A stretch of 64,000 nt of DNA from Gammaproteobacteria bacterium. Lineage in GTDB: Bacteria > Pseudomonadota > Gammaproteobacteria > VBWC01. Every line of letters begins with the position of its first letter. Position 1 is the first letter of the stretch. Shown piece after piece: positions 10,301 through 19,177 of this stretch. Location of the stretch: the NCBI GenBank assembly GCA_006218035.1, contig VBWC01000010.1:203572-267571 (forward strand), in the 5' to 3' direction. A program made the translations under genes and the position numbers. The notes under the pieces are model-generated. The model worked only from the letters and a program-made list of their open reading frames with translations. It was not told the DNA's origin and searched no databases.

Positions 10301-10422
10301 ACGGTCGCGACGATGTCGCCGCGCTCGATCCTGTCGCCGATGTTCTTCTCCCAGCTCACGACCACACCTTCGGTCATCGTGTCGGAGAGCTGCGGCATTT
10401 TGATGGTGTAGGGTTGAGACAT
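7399..10422 (-). CDS. Fused dihydrolipoyl acyltransferase (E2) and dihydrolipoyl dehydrogenase (E3). It has two lipoyl domains, a peripheral-subunit-binding domain and an E2 catalytic core (aa 1-506), a Pro/Gly linker, then a full FAD/NAD E3 (aa 518-1007).
   Basis: Lipoyl-lysine motif ETDKA occurs twice. PSBD: PYARKLAGQTGVDLNMLAGSGPRNV. E2 active site: DHRVVNGA. E3 motifs: DYDVVVIGGGPGG, the redox disulfide GGECLWRGCIPSK, and the C-terminal HPHPTQTE. There is one uninterrupted frame and the junction is ...QPDGWMGPSGPAIPAGKWDYDVVVIGGGPGG. Confidence 0.85.
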   Translation of the reverse strand: MSQPYTIKMPQLSDTMTEGVVVSWEKNIGDRIERGDIVATVETDKAIMDVEVFREGWLSGPRAAVDSVVQVGGALAYLVASANEVVAEAGEALVASGDEEASEAPAVAPASAAPQASAEPAGVTHIIKMPQLSDTMTEGVVVEWQKQVGDKIERGDIVASVETDKAIMDVEVFREGFLSGPLAEADSVIPVGAAMGYLVEAKAQVQSGAMAPVAAVAAEPQKKKKTAAPSSSATTAGTRPAPRPKSKLATPYARKLAGQTGVDLNMLAGSGPRNVIVGTDVQRTAPAAPAGAAFPVVEVPGAGRPMTSLERNIAQAMSGALSMPTFRVSLNAQPTALISAAKKAGISVSVAIAKACALAMQKHPNMNWAYQPVDKLVERANVDIGVAVAADDGGLVVPILRNCESRTLKELNTDWSDLVPRARKRRLKPAEFQNPTFMVSNMGMLGVTYFDAIPTPGTAAILAISSADERGMPLTITADHRVVNGADVAMYLNTLKQYIEQPDGWMGPSGPAIPAGKWDYDVVVIGGGPGGEDCARELVEHGLKVAMINDSSFPGGECLWRGCIPSKAWRAAADRMRDRAHDARLGVKGTNVAKLDWKVLEKTRRGVLETRGDMALKTDTGVKIKVIQGFARFENDHTVFVDTSGNRKDPHARAPQGNGNKGQRITFGAAVIATGAPPFVPPVSGAKEGLASGGVLTSDTVWFLSKAPKKLAVVGGGAIGVEMAQIFQDFGAQVTLIEVQDRLLAEVEPEIATNLAKILNDDKRLTVHTSAKVEKISGKPGKMELTYKPAGGRAKKLACDYVIMATGKRPVLDPLNLDVAGVQSEKGLIKADASCRTNVPHIFAVGDVIGGYMLAHTAATQGRVAAATISGESARYDQDKDCGVIFTRPQAAFVGLSVEQAKAKNIDAVEVKMPMSIDAKAMITGETLGMIKLVADKASRRIIGVHFLTDHADTLIGEAVMMVAGQLTLDQVAHAIHPHPTQTELFGEMARRLLSRLRRSQKVAAKK

Positions 10423-10439
10423 CGGGTCAGCTAGTTATC

Positions 10440-10860
10440 TTTTTAGTTCTGCCGTTGCTAGTCGTGCCTGCACAAGCAGGAATCCAGTGTTTTGATGGGT
10501 TGCGCCTGCGGCTGCACCCATCCTACGCGTGTTCCCCCTCTCCCTTAGGGATTTATACCCTGGGGGTAGAGGGTCGGGGTGACGGAACAAACTTCTAGTT
10601 AACTCCCTCATCCTCGGCAACTGCTCCTGCGTTGCTCTCGGTCGTTGCTCCCGGCACGACTCTACCTCGCCCATCCATGGGCTCGTACCTCCTGCATCCA
10701 TGCAGTCGTGTCCTTCTCCCCAAAGGAGAAGGGACGCTTTCGAATTATTCACCAATACCAAATTCAGACTGGTTGCGCCCCACCCTGTCTTTCCCCCTCT
10801 CCCACAGGGAGAGGGCGGGGTGAGGGGATCACTATTCAGCCGGCGGTTACTACCGTCACT
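10440..10860. repeat. Block of mosaic repeats: an inverted copy of family B modules plus ccctctccc..agggagagg palindromic modules. It fills the E1-beta to E2-E3 intergenic region.
   Basis: 10490-10520 is the reverse complement of gtaggatgggtggagccgcaggcgtaacccatc. 10650-10690 is the reverse complement of 895-950. 10618-10645 is the reverse complement of 7204-7228. ccccctctcccttagggat and ccccctctcccacagggagagggcgggg resemble 781-800. Confidence 0.6.
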
Positions 10861-10867
10861 AATACCT

Positions 10868-11848
10868 TTACTTCCCCATCATCGCCCGCACCGCCTTCAC
10901 GACATCCTTGGCATGCGGGATCGTGGCTTTTTCGAGGGCGTGGTTGTAGGGGATCGGGATATTGACGGCGGAGACGCGTTTCGGCGCGGCATCGAGTTCG
11001 AAGAAACATTCTTCGTTGATAATCGCCATGACCTCGGCGCCTACACCGACGGCCGGTTCGGCCTCTTCGACGATCACCGCGCGATGCGTCTTCGACACCG
11101 ACTTTTTTATGCCGGCGCGATCCAGCGGGCTTAAGCAGTACAGGTCCACAACTTCGCAATTGATGCCGTGCTTGTCGGCCAGCAGCTTCGCCGCCTCCAG
11201 ACACCAGTGCACCGAGATGTTGTAACCGAACAGTGTCACATCCTTGCCCTCGCGCGCGACCTCCGAGCCTACCAGCGGATGGAAGAATTCGGCGTCGGGC
11301 ACCTCGCCCTTCATGTTGTACATCAGCTCGTGTTCATAGATGAACACCGGGTCGTTGCAGCGCACGGCCGACTTCAGCATGCCATAGGCCTGGCGCGGGT
11401 TCGACGGCGTGACGACGCGCAGACCGGCAATGCCCATGAAGACCTTTTCCATGCGCGCCGAATGCTGCGCGCCCAGCTGATGCGCGGTGCCGCCCGGCGA
11501 GCGGATCACGACCGGCGCCGTCAGCTGGCCGCCGGACATGTAACGCACCTTGACCGCGGAATTGGCAATCTGGTCCAGCGCCAGCCACGCGAAGTTGACG
11601 GACATGATCTCGATAATCGGCCGCACGCCGAGAAACGACGCGCCGATACCGAGGCCGGTGTAGCCATTCTCTGAAATCGGCGTATCGATAATTCTTTCAG
11701 GGCCGTATTTGTCGTACAGGCCTTGCGTCGCCTTGTAGGTACCACCGGCCACACCAATATCTTCACCCATCGCGATCACCAGCGGATCGTTCGCCATCTC
11801 TTCATCGTGGGCACGGCGGATCGCCTCCCAGAAGCGTATCTCGGCCAT
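10868..11848 (-). CDS. 2-oxoacid (pyruvate/acetoin-type) dehydrogenase E1 component beta subunit.
   Basis: Transketolase-like pyrimidine-binding and C-terminal domains, typical of PdhB/AcoB. Its start overlaps the E1-alpha stop at 11848. Confidence 0.9.
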   Translation of the reverse strand: MAEIRFWEAIRRAHDEEMANDPLVIAMGEDIGVAGGTYKATQGLYDKYGPERIIDTPISENGYTGLGIGASFLGVRPIIEIMSVNFAWLALDQIANSAVKVRYMSGGQLTAPVVIRSPGGTAHQLGAQHSARMEKVFMGIAGLRVVTPSNPRQAYGMLKSAVRCNDPVFIYEHELMYNMKGEVPDAEFFHPLVGSEVAREGKDVTLFGYNISVHWCLEAAKLLADKHGINCEVVDLYCLSPLDRAGIKKSVSKTHRAVIVEEAEPAVGVGAEVMAIINEECFFELDAAPKRVSAVNIPIPYNHALEKATIPHAKDVVKAVRAMMGK

Positions 11849-12852
11849 CAGCTCGCCCCTCCCTGTGCACCGCCCGTTACCCAGGGATCGTTCTCGGCGA
11901 ACAGATACTTCTCCAGTTCGGCAACGTCCGGTTCCGGCGACTGTTCGGCGAACGGCACGATTTGGTTGTCTATTTCATCGAGTATTTCTTTGTCCATCGC
12001 CTTGAACTCGGCCATCGTCAGCACCTTGGCCTTGATCAAACGCTCGCGCAGGATATTGATCGGGTCGCGCTCGATCCATTCCTTCTCTTCGTCCTTGGAG
12101 CGGTAGGTGTTGGAATCGGACATCGAGTGGCCGCGATAGCGGTAGGTCATCAGCTCGAGAAAATACGGTCCCTTGCCGGAACGGACATGATCGACCGCTT
12201 TCTGCGCGGCCTTGTAGACGATCTCGATGTCCTGGCCGTCGACCTGTTCGGACGGAATGTTGTAACCGGCGACGCGCTTGTATTGATCCAGCACCGCCGT
12301 CGAACGGTCGATGCGCGTGCCGATGCCGTACAGGTTGTTTTCGCAGACATAGAGCACCGGCAATTTCCAGACCGATGCCATGTTCAGCGCCTCATGAAAG
12401 CTGCCCTGGTTGTTGGCGGCATCGCCGAGAAAGCAGATCGCGATCTCTTCTCCGCCCTTCAGCTTGATGGCCTTGGCCATGCCGGCCGCCAGCGGAAACG
12501 GCCCGCCGACCAGCGCATAGCCGCCCATGAAGCGGTGCTCGACATCAAATATATGCATGGAGCCGCCACGGCCCTTGCAGGTGCCGGTTTCTTTGCCGTA
12601 TAGCTCGGCCATGACCGCCTTGGGGTCGGCGCCGCTCAGCATGGCGTGGACGTGATCCCGGTAGCCGGTAATCACATAATCGAATCCCGGCTTTGCCGCC
12701 GCCATCACGCCATGGGCGCAGGCTTCCTGACCCGGATACAGGTGCAGGAATCCGCCGATTTTGCGCTCGACATAGCCTACGTAACAGTGCTCCTCGAAAC
12801 GCCGGGAAAACAGCATGTCGCGGAGCAGCCGTTTCTTATCAGTGTTATTCAT
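11848..12852 (-). CDS. 2-oxoacid dehydrogenase E1 component alpha subunit (TPP-binding).
   Basis: TPP motif GDAANNQG...NN, and the phosphorylation-loop-like YRYRGHSMSD, typical of PdhA/AcoA. Confidence 0.9.
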   Translation of the reverse strand: MNNTDKKRLLRDMLFSRRFEEHCYVGYVERKIGGFLHLYPGQEACAHGVMAAAKPGFDYVITGYRDHVHAMLSGADPKAVMAELYGKETGTCKGRGGSMHIFDVEHRFMGGYALVGGPFPLAAGMAKAIKLKGGEEIAICFLGDAANNQGSFHEALNMASVWKLPVLYVCENNLYGIGTRIDRSTAVLDQYKRVAGYNIPSEQVDGQDIEIVYKAAQKAVDHVRSGKGPYFLELMTYRYRGHSMSDSNTYRSKDEEKEWIERDPINILRERLIKAKVLTMAEFKAMDKEILDEIDNQIVPFAEQSPEPDVAELEKYLFAENDPWVTGGAQGGAS

Positions 12853-12944
12853 GAGACGGCTTACCTTGGATACAAGAAATCGCGTGAGCGCGATATGATC
12901 TGTGTTTTAATGGCCTTGGTCAAGGCGAACCCGGCATATTCTAA

Positions 12945-14474
12945 ATGAAAATCAAGGTAAAACAGAACCTGAACGCGCCGGCCGAAAAGGCCGTTGATTC
13001 TATTGACGCGTTGATCGTGGTATTGCCGTGTAGCGACGCCAAACCGGCCTGGCCGGTGTTTGCGTACCGAAACATCATTAAGAAGCGTTTTGAGCGCCTC
13101 GGTGACCGGGCGGGTACGACGGAGCCGTTCGTGACGGAGCTGCCGAACGGTACCGGTACCCGGGTGGCGTGCATCTGGCTGGCAGCGGACAGCAGCGCGT
13201 TCCAACGGCTGACACTGGCACGCAAGGCGGTTGCGGCGCTGCTCGGCGCTGACCCCGCCAATATAGATGTGCTGTTCGCCGGGCTGGAATCCGCCGACAC
13301 CGAACACGCGGCGCAGGCGCTGGTGGCGGCGCTACTCGCCGCATCGGCCGAGCTGCCGCAATTCAAAAGCAAGCAACCGAAACCGAAGCGCCTGGCCACG
13401 GTCGCACTGCACGGTGTGAGCAAACAAATCGATCTTGCCCGTACCCTGGCCGAGGCGGCCGGTAATAATCTTGCGCGCGAGCTGACGATACTGCCGTCGA
13501 ACGAGCTGACGCCGGCGATGTATCGCAAACGTATTGCGACACTCGCCCGGCAACACGGCTGGCGCATGCAGTTTCTCGATACCGCCGCATTAAAGCGCAA
13601 AAAGGCCGGCGCATTTCTCGCCGTTGCGCAGGGCAGCGCCGAGGCGGATGCCGGCATCGTGCATCTGCAATACCGGCCGCGCCATGCCAAACGAAAACTG
13701 GCGTTGGTTGGCAAGGGCATTTGTTACGACACCGGCGGGGTCAACGTGAAACCGGCGAAGTTCATGTACGGCATGCACGAAGACATGGCCGGCAGCGCAG
13801 TTGCGCTCGGTACGCTGCTGGCGCTTACCGGGATCAAGGCCGACATCGCCGTCGACTGCTGGCTCGCGCTGGCGCAGAACCACGTCGGCCCCAAGGCCTA
13901 CAAGCCAAACGACATCGTGACGGCGAGTAACGGCACGACGATTGAAGTGGTGCATACCGATGCCGAGGGCCGCATGGTGCTGGCCGATACGCTGGCGATC
14001 GCCTCACAAGCCAAACCGGACCTGATCATCGATTACGCAACGCTGACCGGTTCCTGCGTACATGCGCTGGGCACCGCCTACAGCGGCGCGTTTACCAATC
14101 GCGACGAGATGCTTGTCGACGTGATTGCCGCCGGGCGCGACAGCGGCGAGCGCGTCTGGCCGTTTCCGACCGATGCCGATTACGACAAGGCACTGGACAG
14201 CGACATCGCCGATATCAAGCAATGCGCGCTCGACGGCACGGCGGATCATATACTCGCGACGCGTTTCTTGAGCCGCTTCGTCGGCAACGATATCCCGTGG
14301 CTGCACATCGACCTGAGCGCCAGCAGTAACAAAGGCGGGCTGGCGCACGTGCCGACCGACACCACCGGCTTCGGCATCCGCTACACGCTGAACCTGCTGC
14401 TGGATAAACAGGTGATCAAACCGGCGCGCGCGATCAAAAAGACTGCGGAGCATCAAGCGCGAAAGAAGGCCTAG
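12945..14474 (+). CDS. M17-family aminopeptidase, leucyl aminopeptidase/peptidase B-like.
   Basis: NTDAEGR-type signature (VVHTDAEGRMVLADTL), the GKGICYDTGG motif, and an N-terminal domain resembling PepB. Confidence 0.85.
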   Translation: MKIKVKQNLNAPAEKAVDSIDALIVVLPCSDAKPAWPVFAYRNIIKKRFERLGDRAGTTEPFVTELPNGTGTRVACIWLAADSSAFQRLTLARKAVAALLGADPANIDVLFAGLESADTEHAAQALVAALLAASAELPQFKSKQPKPKRLATVALHGVSKQIDLARTLAEAAGNNLARELTILPSNELTPAMYRKRIATLARQHGWRMQFLDTAALKRKKAGAFLAVAQGSAEADAGIVHLQYRPRHAKRKLALVGKGICYDTGGVNVKPAKFMYGMHEDMAGSAVALGTLLALTGIKADIAVDCWLALAQNHVGPKAYKPNDIVTASNGTTIEVVHTDAEGRMVLADTLAIASQAKPDLIIDYATLTGSCVHALGTAYSGAFTNRDEMLVDVIAAGRDSGERVWPFPTDADYDKALDSDIADIKQCALDGTADHILATRFLSRFVGNDIPWLHIDLSASSNKGGLAHVPTDTTGFGIRYTLNLLLDKQVIKPARAIKKTAEHQARKKA

Positions 14475-14838
14475 CCCGGACGGAATGAAATGGAGTCCGG
14501 GGCATGAGCCCCCTGGCGACCCCGATGTAAACCACCGCACGCAGTTAACAACGCCCGCACACCTTAAGTCGTTGCGGCAAAACAAAAAACTGCGCGGACG
14601 CCGGCTTGCAAGTTACTGGGAAATCAAAACCTTCCCGGCAAAGGCCGCACAAATATCCGAAGTTCGGCGGTTCGTCATCCTCATCGGCCGTTAGCACCGG
14701 ATCGCACCTGGGGCCAACCGGTCGAGCACGCGTTTATTGACGGGAATCCGATCCGCGTTTAGATTGAAACAAGCAGTAGTAACCGTAGCCCTGAAATAAA
14801 AAATACCTACGGGGCGCCAAGGGGGAAATCTGTCAACG

Positions 14839-16026
14839 TTGCTGATCCTCGGCGGATCCATATTCCAGCTGCCGGTAATCTCGCGTGCTCTCAAACTGGG
14901 TCACCGGGTGATCACGGTGGATTATGCGCCGCATAATCCGGGGCATCGGCTCGCGCACGAGTATTATAACGTCAGCACGACAGACCACCGAGCGGTCCTC
15001 GCATTGGCCAGGAAATTGAGGATTGACGGCATTATCGCGTTTGCGTCCGATCCCGCGGCGTGGACTGCGGCGTATGTCGCCGATCAGATGGGCCTTCCCG
15101 GATGCCCTCCGGCCGCAGTCCACGTACTGACGAACAAGGCTCTCTTTCGCGCTTTCTTGCGAGATCACGGCTTTAATACGCCCAGGTTCGCCGTTGCTGC
15201 CGATCTTCCAGAGGCGTGCGAGGTGGCGCGCTCCATGGGGTTTCCGGTGATGGTCAAACCGGCCGATTCATCCGGAAGTAAAGGCGTGAGCCGTGTCGAC
15301 GATGCCGCCGGCATGGGCCAGGCTTTCCGTAACGCGCAGCATTACTCGCGCTGCGCAAGTGTGGTCGTTGAACAGTGGATAGAGCGGGACGGCACTCAGA
15401 TCGCCGGCGATGGCGTGGTTGTCGATGGAAAACTCGCCTTTTCCTGCCTCGGCGATGAGCATTTCGATAGCGAGTGTTCGGCATACGCGCCGGTCGGCGA
15501 GAGCTTCCCGGGCCACCTTGCCGCGGAACGACGGGAGATGCTGCTGGAGCGGCTGCAACAGCTCATGGCGTTACTTGGCATTGACAACCTGGTCTTCAAT
15601 CTCGATGCCATGTTCGATAACAACGGTGACCTGTGGTTGATCGAGATCGGGCCGCGCGCCGGCGGTAACTGCCTGCCGCTACTCATTCAACATCACACGG
15701 GGGTCGACATGGCGGACATCGTCATCCGGCAATCGCTCGGCGCACCGGTGACATTGCCTCTCCGCCCGGAAAAACCACCGGGATTTCACGCCTCGTGGAT
15801 GATTCATTCCAGATCGCCTGGCAAGCTGCGCGGGCTGCGAATGGCGCCACACCTGAATCCCTATACGATCGATATGCAACTGACAACGTCGACCGGCGCG
15901 GCGGTGAGCCGCTTTACATCCTCGAAAGATATATTGGGTTACGCACTATTCACTTTCCCAAGTGCCGCAGAAATGGAGGATAACCTTGCATGCATGGCCA
16001 CGTCACTGGAACCGATCGTCGCATAA
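14839..16026 (+). CDS. ATP-grasp domain protein, a carboxylate-amine ligase-like enzyme.
   Basis: N-terminal LILGGS, then the ATP-grasp core (FPVMVKPADSSGSKGV ... WLIEIGPRAGGN). It has a TTG start 10 nt after a strong SD, AAGGGGGAAA. Confidence 0.75.
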   Translation: MLILGGSIFQLPVISRALKLGHRVITVDYAPHNPGHRLAHEYYNVSTTDHRAVLALARKLRIDGIIAFASDPAAWTAAYVADQMGLPGCPPAAVHVLTNKALFRAFLRDHGFNTPRFAVAADLPEACEVARSMGFPVMVKPADSSGSKGVSRVDDAAGMGQAFRNAQHYSRCASVVVEQWIERDGTQIAGDGVVVDGKLAFSCLGDEHFDSECSAYAPVGESFPGHLAAERREMLLERLQQLMALLGIDNLVFNLDAMFDNNGDLWLIEIGPRAGGNCLPLLIQHHTGVDMADIVIRQSLGAPVTLPLRPEKPPGFHASWMIHSRSPGKLRGLRMAPHLNPYTIDMQLTTSTGAAVSRFTSSKDILGYALFTFPSAAEMEDNLACMATSLEPIVA

Positions 16027-17150
16027 CGACGCCATCAGCAGGCGCGTCAACGCTGATCAACTTGCCGAACCGCGATCGCTTCGAACAGCTGGCGAGGGAG
16101 ATATTTGCGTCCGGCTGGTTGACGAATAACGGGCCGATGGTGCGCGAGCTGGAGGAACGGCTCGCCGACTATCTCGGCGTCGAGTACCTGGTGCTAACCA
16201 GCAGTGGCACGCTGGCACTGCAGGTCGCCCTGCACGCGCTGGGAGTGTCAGGCTCGGTTGTCACGTCACCCTTCTCCTGGGTAACAACCGTCAGCTCACT
16301 CGCCTGGCTCGGGCTCACTCCGCTGTTCGCTGATATCGATGCCCGCACCTATAACATCGATCCGCGCAAAATCGAAGCGGCAATAACCGGGAATACGCGC
16401 GCCATTCTCGCCACCCATACCTTCGGTAACCCGTGCGATATCGAGGCGATCGATCAGATAGCCGCCCGTCGCGGACTGTTGTGCATCTACGACGCGGCAC
16501 ACGCTTTCGGCGTTGATTACCTGGACCGGAGTGTGCTTGCCTGCGGCGATGCGTCGGTACTCAGCCTGCACGCCACCAAGCTTTTTCATACCGTTGAGGG
16601 CGGTGCGGTTGTGCTGCGCGACGCGGAACACTGTCGGCGTGCCCGGTTGGCCGTCAACAATGGCCAGGCGGCCGACGGCCAGGTGCAGGCGCCGGGTATC
16701 AATGGCCGGCTGAGTGAGTTGCACGCGGCAGTGGGATTGTGCCTGCTGGACGATATCGATGCGGTGATGACGCACCGGCGTCAGAGCGCCGAAAAACTGC
16801 GGCTGCTGCTGGCATCCAGCGCAACCGGCCTGCAACAATTCAATCCACTGGCACGGGTGAATCACGCCTTTTTTCCGGTCGTATTTCCAACGCCCGAGCT
16901 GCGCGAAACTGCAATGGCTGCGTTGACCAGCGCGGGATTCATTCCCCATATCTACTTTGATCCGACGCTCAATCGACTGCCGTTCATCGGGTCCGGGCCA
17001 GCCATGCCTGTCGCAGAAGCGCTGAGCAAACGGATTCTCTGCCTGCCATTGCTCACCGCAGTGTCGCAGGAGGAATTGGCAGCCATGGCGGAAATAATTG
17101 CCGGGATCTGCCCGCTCGAAGAATATTCAGCTCGCAAGACCTGTGCATGA
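15990..17150 (+). CDS. DegT/DnrJ/EryC1/StrS-family PLP-dependent sugar aminotransferase.
   Basis: SGWLTNNGPMVRELEERLADYLGVEYLVLTSSGTLAL, then DAAHAFG, then SLHATKLF (the Lys site). The ATG lies inside the 3' end of the ATP-grasp gene, so the true start may be slightly downstream. Confidence 0.85.
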   Translation: MHGHVTGTDRRITTPSAGASTLINLPNRDRFEQLAREIFASGWLTNNGPMVRELEERLADYLGVEYLVLTSSGTLALQVALHALGVSGSVVTSPFSWVTTVSSLAWLGLTPLFADIDARTYNIDPRKIEAAITGNTRAILATHTFGNPCDIEAIDQIAARRGLLCIYDAAHAFGVDYLDRSVLACGDASVLSLHATKLFHTVEGGAVVLRDAEHCRRARLAVNNGQAADGQVQAPGINGRLSELHAAVGLCLLDDIDAVMTHRRQSAEKLRLLLASSATGLQQFNPLARVNHAFFPVVFPTPELRETAMAALTSAGFIPHIYFDPTLNRLPFIGSGPAMPVAEALSKRILCLPLLTAVSQEELAAMAEIIAGICPLEEYSARKTCA

Positions 17151-18415
17151 TGATCCCGCGTCAGTTACGCCCGGCAGGTGAACGCGTACCGTTGCCGGGC
17201 ATCAGTCCGCGGTCGTCCGGGGACAAGGCCGCGTCCGCGGCGGCAAACCTGCAGTTTCCGGGGTATCTCGCCCACTGGTACGGCTCGGGAACAGCGGCGC
17301 TGGCCGCAGCGCTGAAACTTGCGGCAAATCGTGCTACGACGACGCGCCCCGAAGTAGTGATGCCGGCTTATGCGTGTCCGGATGTCGTGAGCGCCGCGGT
17401 CTTCGCCGGCGTGCAGCCGGTGCTCGCGGACACGCTACCGGAGCTACCCTGGCTCGACCCTGTTAGCGTGGAAAGGTCCATCACCCGGCACACGGTTGCC
17501 TTACTGTCGATCAGATTTCTCGGGCTACCGTCGAACGACCAGGCACTGCGCCGCATGCTCGGCAGCGACGGACCGCTACTCATTGAAGACCACGCGCACG
17601 CTTTCCCGCTGGACATGCAAGTCCGCTCCAGCGCCGACCTGGTTGTCATCAGCTTCGGACGTGGCAAGCCGGTATCACTGCGGCGCGGCGGAGTTCTGCT
17701 GCAGACACTTGGCTCAACCGCAGCGAACGCGCTGCCCCCGCAGCCCGCCGATAGACGTGAAACCGGGGTCAGGCGGCTCACGCATCAGGCTAACTGTTTA
17801 CTCTACAACCTCTCGATTCAACCTGCGGTTTACCGGTTTCTTACAGGTGTGGCGAGAGTCCCGGTCGACGCCATTTCCTATCGTGAATTGACGGAACTCG
17901 AGCCGTTTCCGCACCGCCTGCACAGACTCCTGCCACAGGCGATCGACCGCCACAGAAGTACGGGGCGATGGCGCGAAGATACCATCGAGTCAATACTGCG
18001 CGGGCCGGACGTACCCTGGGTTGATGTCGCAACGCACAGCAGGCGCATGGCCGCCGCCGATTGCAGTACGGCCACACGCACCGACCGGCTATGGCGGTAT
18101 CCGTTGCTGCTGCGGTCAGAAACGGAGCGAGATCGATTGTTTGCCGGCCTTTGGCAGCAAGGACTGGGGCCGTCGCGAATGTATCGTCGTTTGCTCTCTG
18201 AGATTCCGGCCACCGCGACTTACGTGCGTTCAGGCGCCCACCCGGCCGCTGGCGACTTTGCCCGACGCTTGCTCACGTTGCCGTTGCATTCGGATGTCCG
18301 GAAGCGCGATTTGCTGGCTATGCGAAATTGCTTGGATCAATTTTCAGAGGTGTTTGACCAGACCGGCCGCACAGCCTTGCACCGATCCCATAAGGGTGCC
18401 AGGGTCGCGGACTGA
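17147..18415 (+). CDS. Second, divergent DegT-like aminotransferase-fold protein with a roughly 150-aa C-terminal extension.
   Basis: YGSGTAALAAAL, DHAHAF, and SFGRGKPVS (an SFxxxK-like Lys motif). There is a 4-bp overlap with the upstream gene. Confidence 0.55.
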   Translation: MMIPRQLRPAGERVPLPGISPRSSGDKAASAAANLQFPGYLAHWYGSGTAALAAALKLAANRATTTRPEVVMPAYACPDVVSAAVFAGVQPVLADTLPELPWLDPVSVERSITRHTVALLSIRFLGLPSNDQALRRMLGSDGPLLIEDHAHAFPLDMQVRSSADLVVISFGRGKPVSLRRGGVLLQTLGSTAANALPPQPADRRETGVRRLTHQANCLLYNLSIQPAVYRFLTGVARVPVDAISYRELTELEPFPHRLHRLLPQAIDRHRSTGRWREDTIESILRGPDVPWVDVATHSRRMAAADCSTATRTDRLWRYPLLLRSETERDRLFAGLWQQGLGPSRMYRRLLSEIPATATYVRSGAHPAAGDFARRLLTLPLHSDVRKRDLLAMRNCLDQFSEVFDQTGRTALHRSHKGARVAD

Positions 18416-18418
18416 CGT

Positions 18419-19177
18419 ATGGAAGCGCTCTCTAGACTTGACCTGCGCAAGCTGGATTCCCCCCTGGATGTCGGTGCGCGTATCACCGCCGCCTGCCGGA
18501 CGGCGCGGCTGGTTGTCGCGCGCACGCATCCGGCGGTGGGTCGCCACCGGGAATTCTGGGACGAGGCGCTGGCAGAACAATGCGAGCGTGTCCCGGTGGA
18601 CGAGGACGTCAAGACCGGCCTCGCGACCGGGAATTTGTGGTCCGACGTTGAATTCAACCCGGAATTCCAGCAATGTTTTCGCCACTCCAGTTCTGCACAA
18701 CCGCTACACACCGATGGCGCCTACCTTTCCGATCCGCCGCCGATCGTATTCCTGGTCTGCCACCGCGCCGCGCCGCGCGGCGGCGCAACCCTGTTCCTGG
18801 ACGGCCCGCAACTACTATCGCTGCTATCCACCGAACAACCCGAACTGTTGGCCATGGTCACTGCGTCACGCGCGCGCTTCAGGAAAGCAGACGTGGATGT
18901 CGAATCGACGATCATCGCTGCGCATCCGGCGGGGCCGTTGCTGCGGTGGAACTATTACGCGATGAGAAATCAGGCGTCGCCCGCTTTGCTCGCCGTCGTG
19001 GAAAAATTTCATTGCTTTCTGCAGGACACCGTCGACCGGTCACTGCCGCTTGCGGTCCGGCTCAATGAAGGCGATGCTGTGTTCTTCCACGACGCTCGTG
19101 TGCTGCATGGACGAGATGGTTTTACGGCCAGCATCACCGGCGATCGATGCTTGTGGAAAGGCGCTCTACGGATTTAA
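18419..19177 (+). CDS. TauD/TfdA-family Fe(II)/2-oxoglutarate-dependent dioxygenase.
   Basis: HTDGAY (HxD) and a distal VLHGRDGF (His...Arg), with spacing typical of the TauD fold. Confidence 0.6.
   Translation: MEALSRLDLRKLDSPLDVGARITAACRTARLVVARTHPAVGRHREFWDEALAEQCERVPVDEDVKTGLATGNLWSDVEFNPEFQQCFRHSSSAQPLHTDGAYLSDPPPIVFLVCHRAAPRGGATLFLDGPQLLSLLSTEQPELLAMVTASRARFRKADVDVESTIIAAHPAGPLLRWNYYAMRNQASPALLAVVEKFHCFLQDTVDRSLPLAVRLNEGDAVFFHDARVLHGRDGFTASITGDRCLWKGALRI

Noticed and set aside
12941-13720. 259-aa minus-strand ORF overlapping the M17 peptidase gene.
   Set aside because: Antisense artefact.
18021-18965. 314-aa plus-strand ORF running across the junction between the second DegT gene and the TauD-like gene in another frame.
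   Set aside because: It has a Trp/Arg/Cys-rich composition and overlaps two supported genes out of frame.
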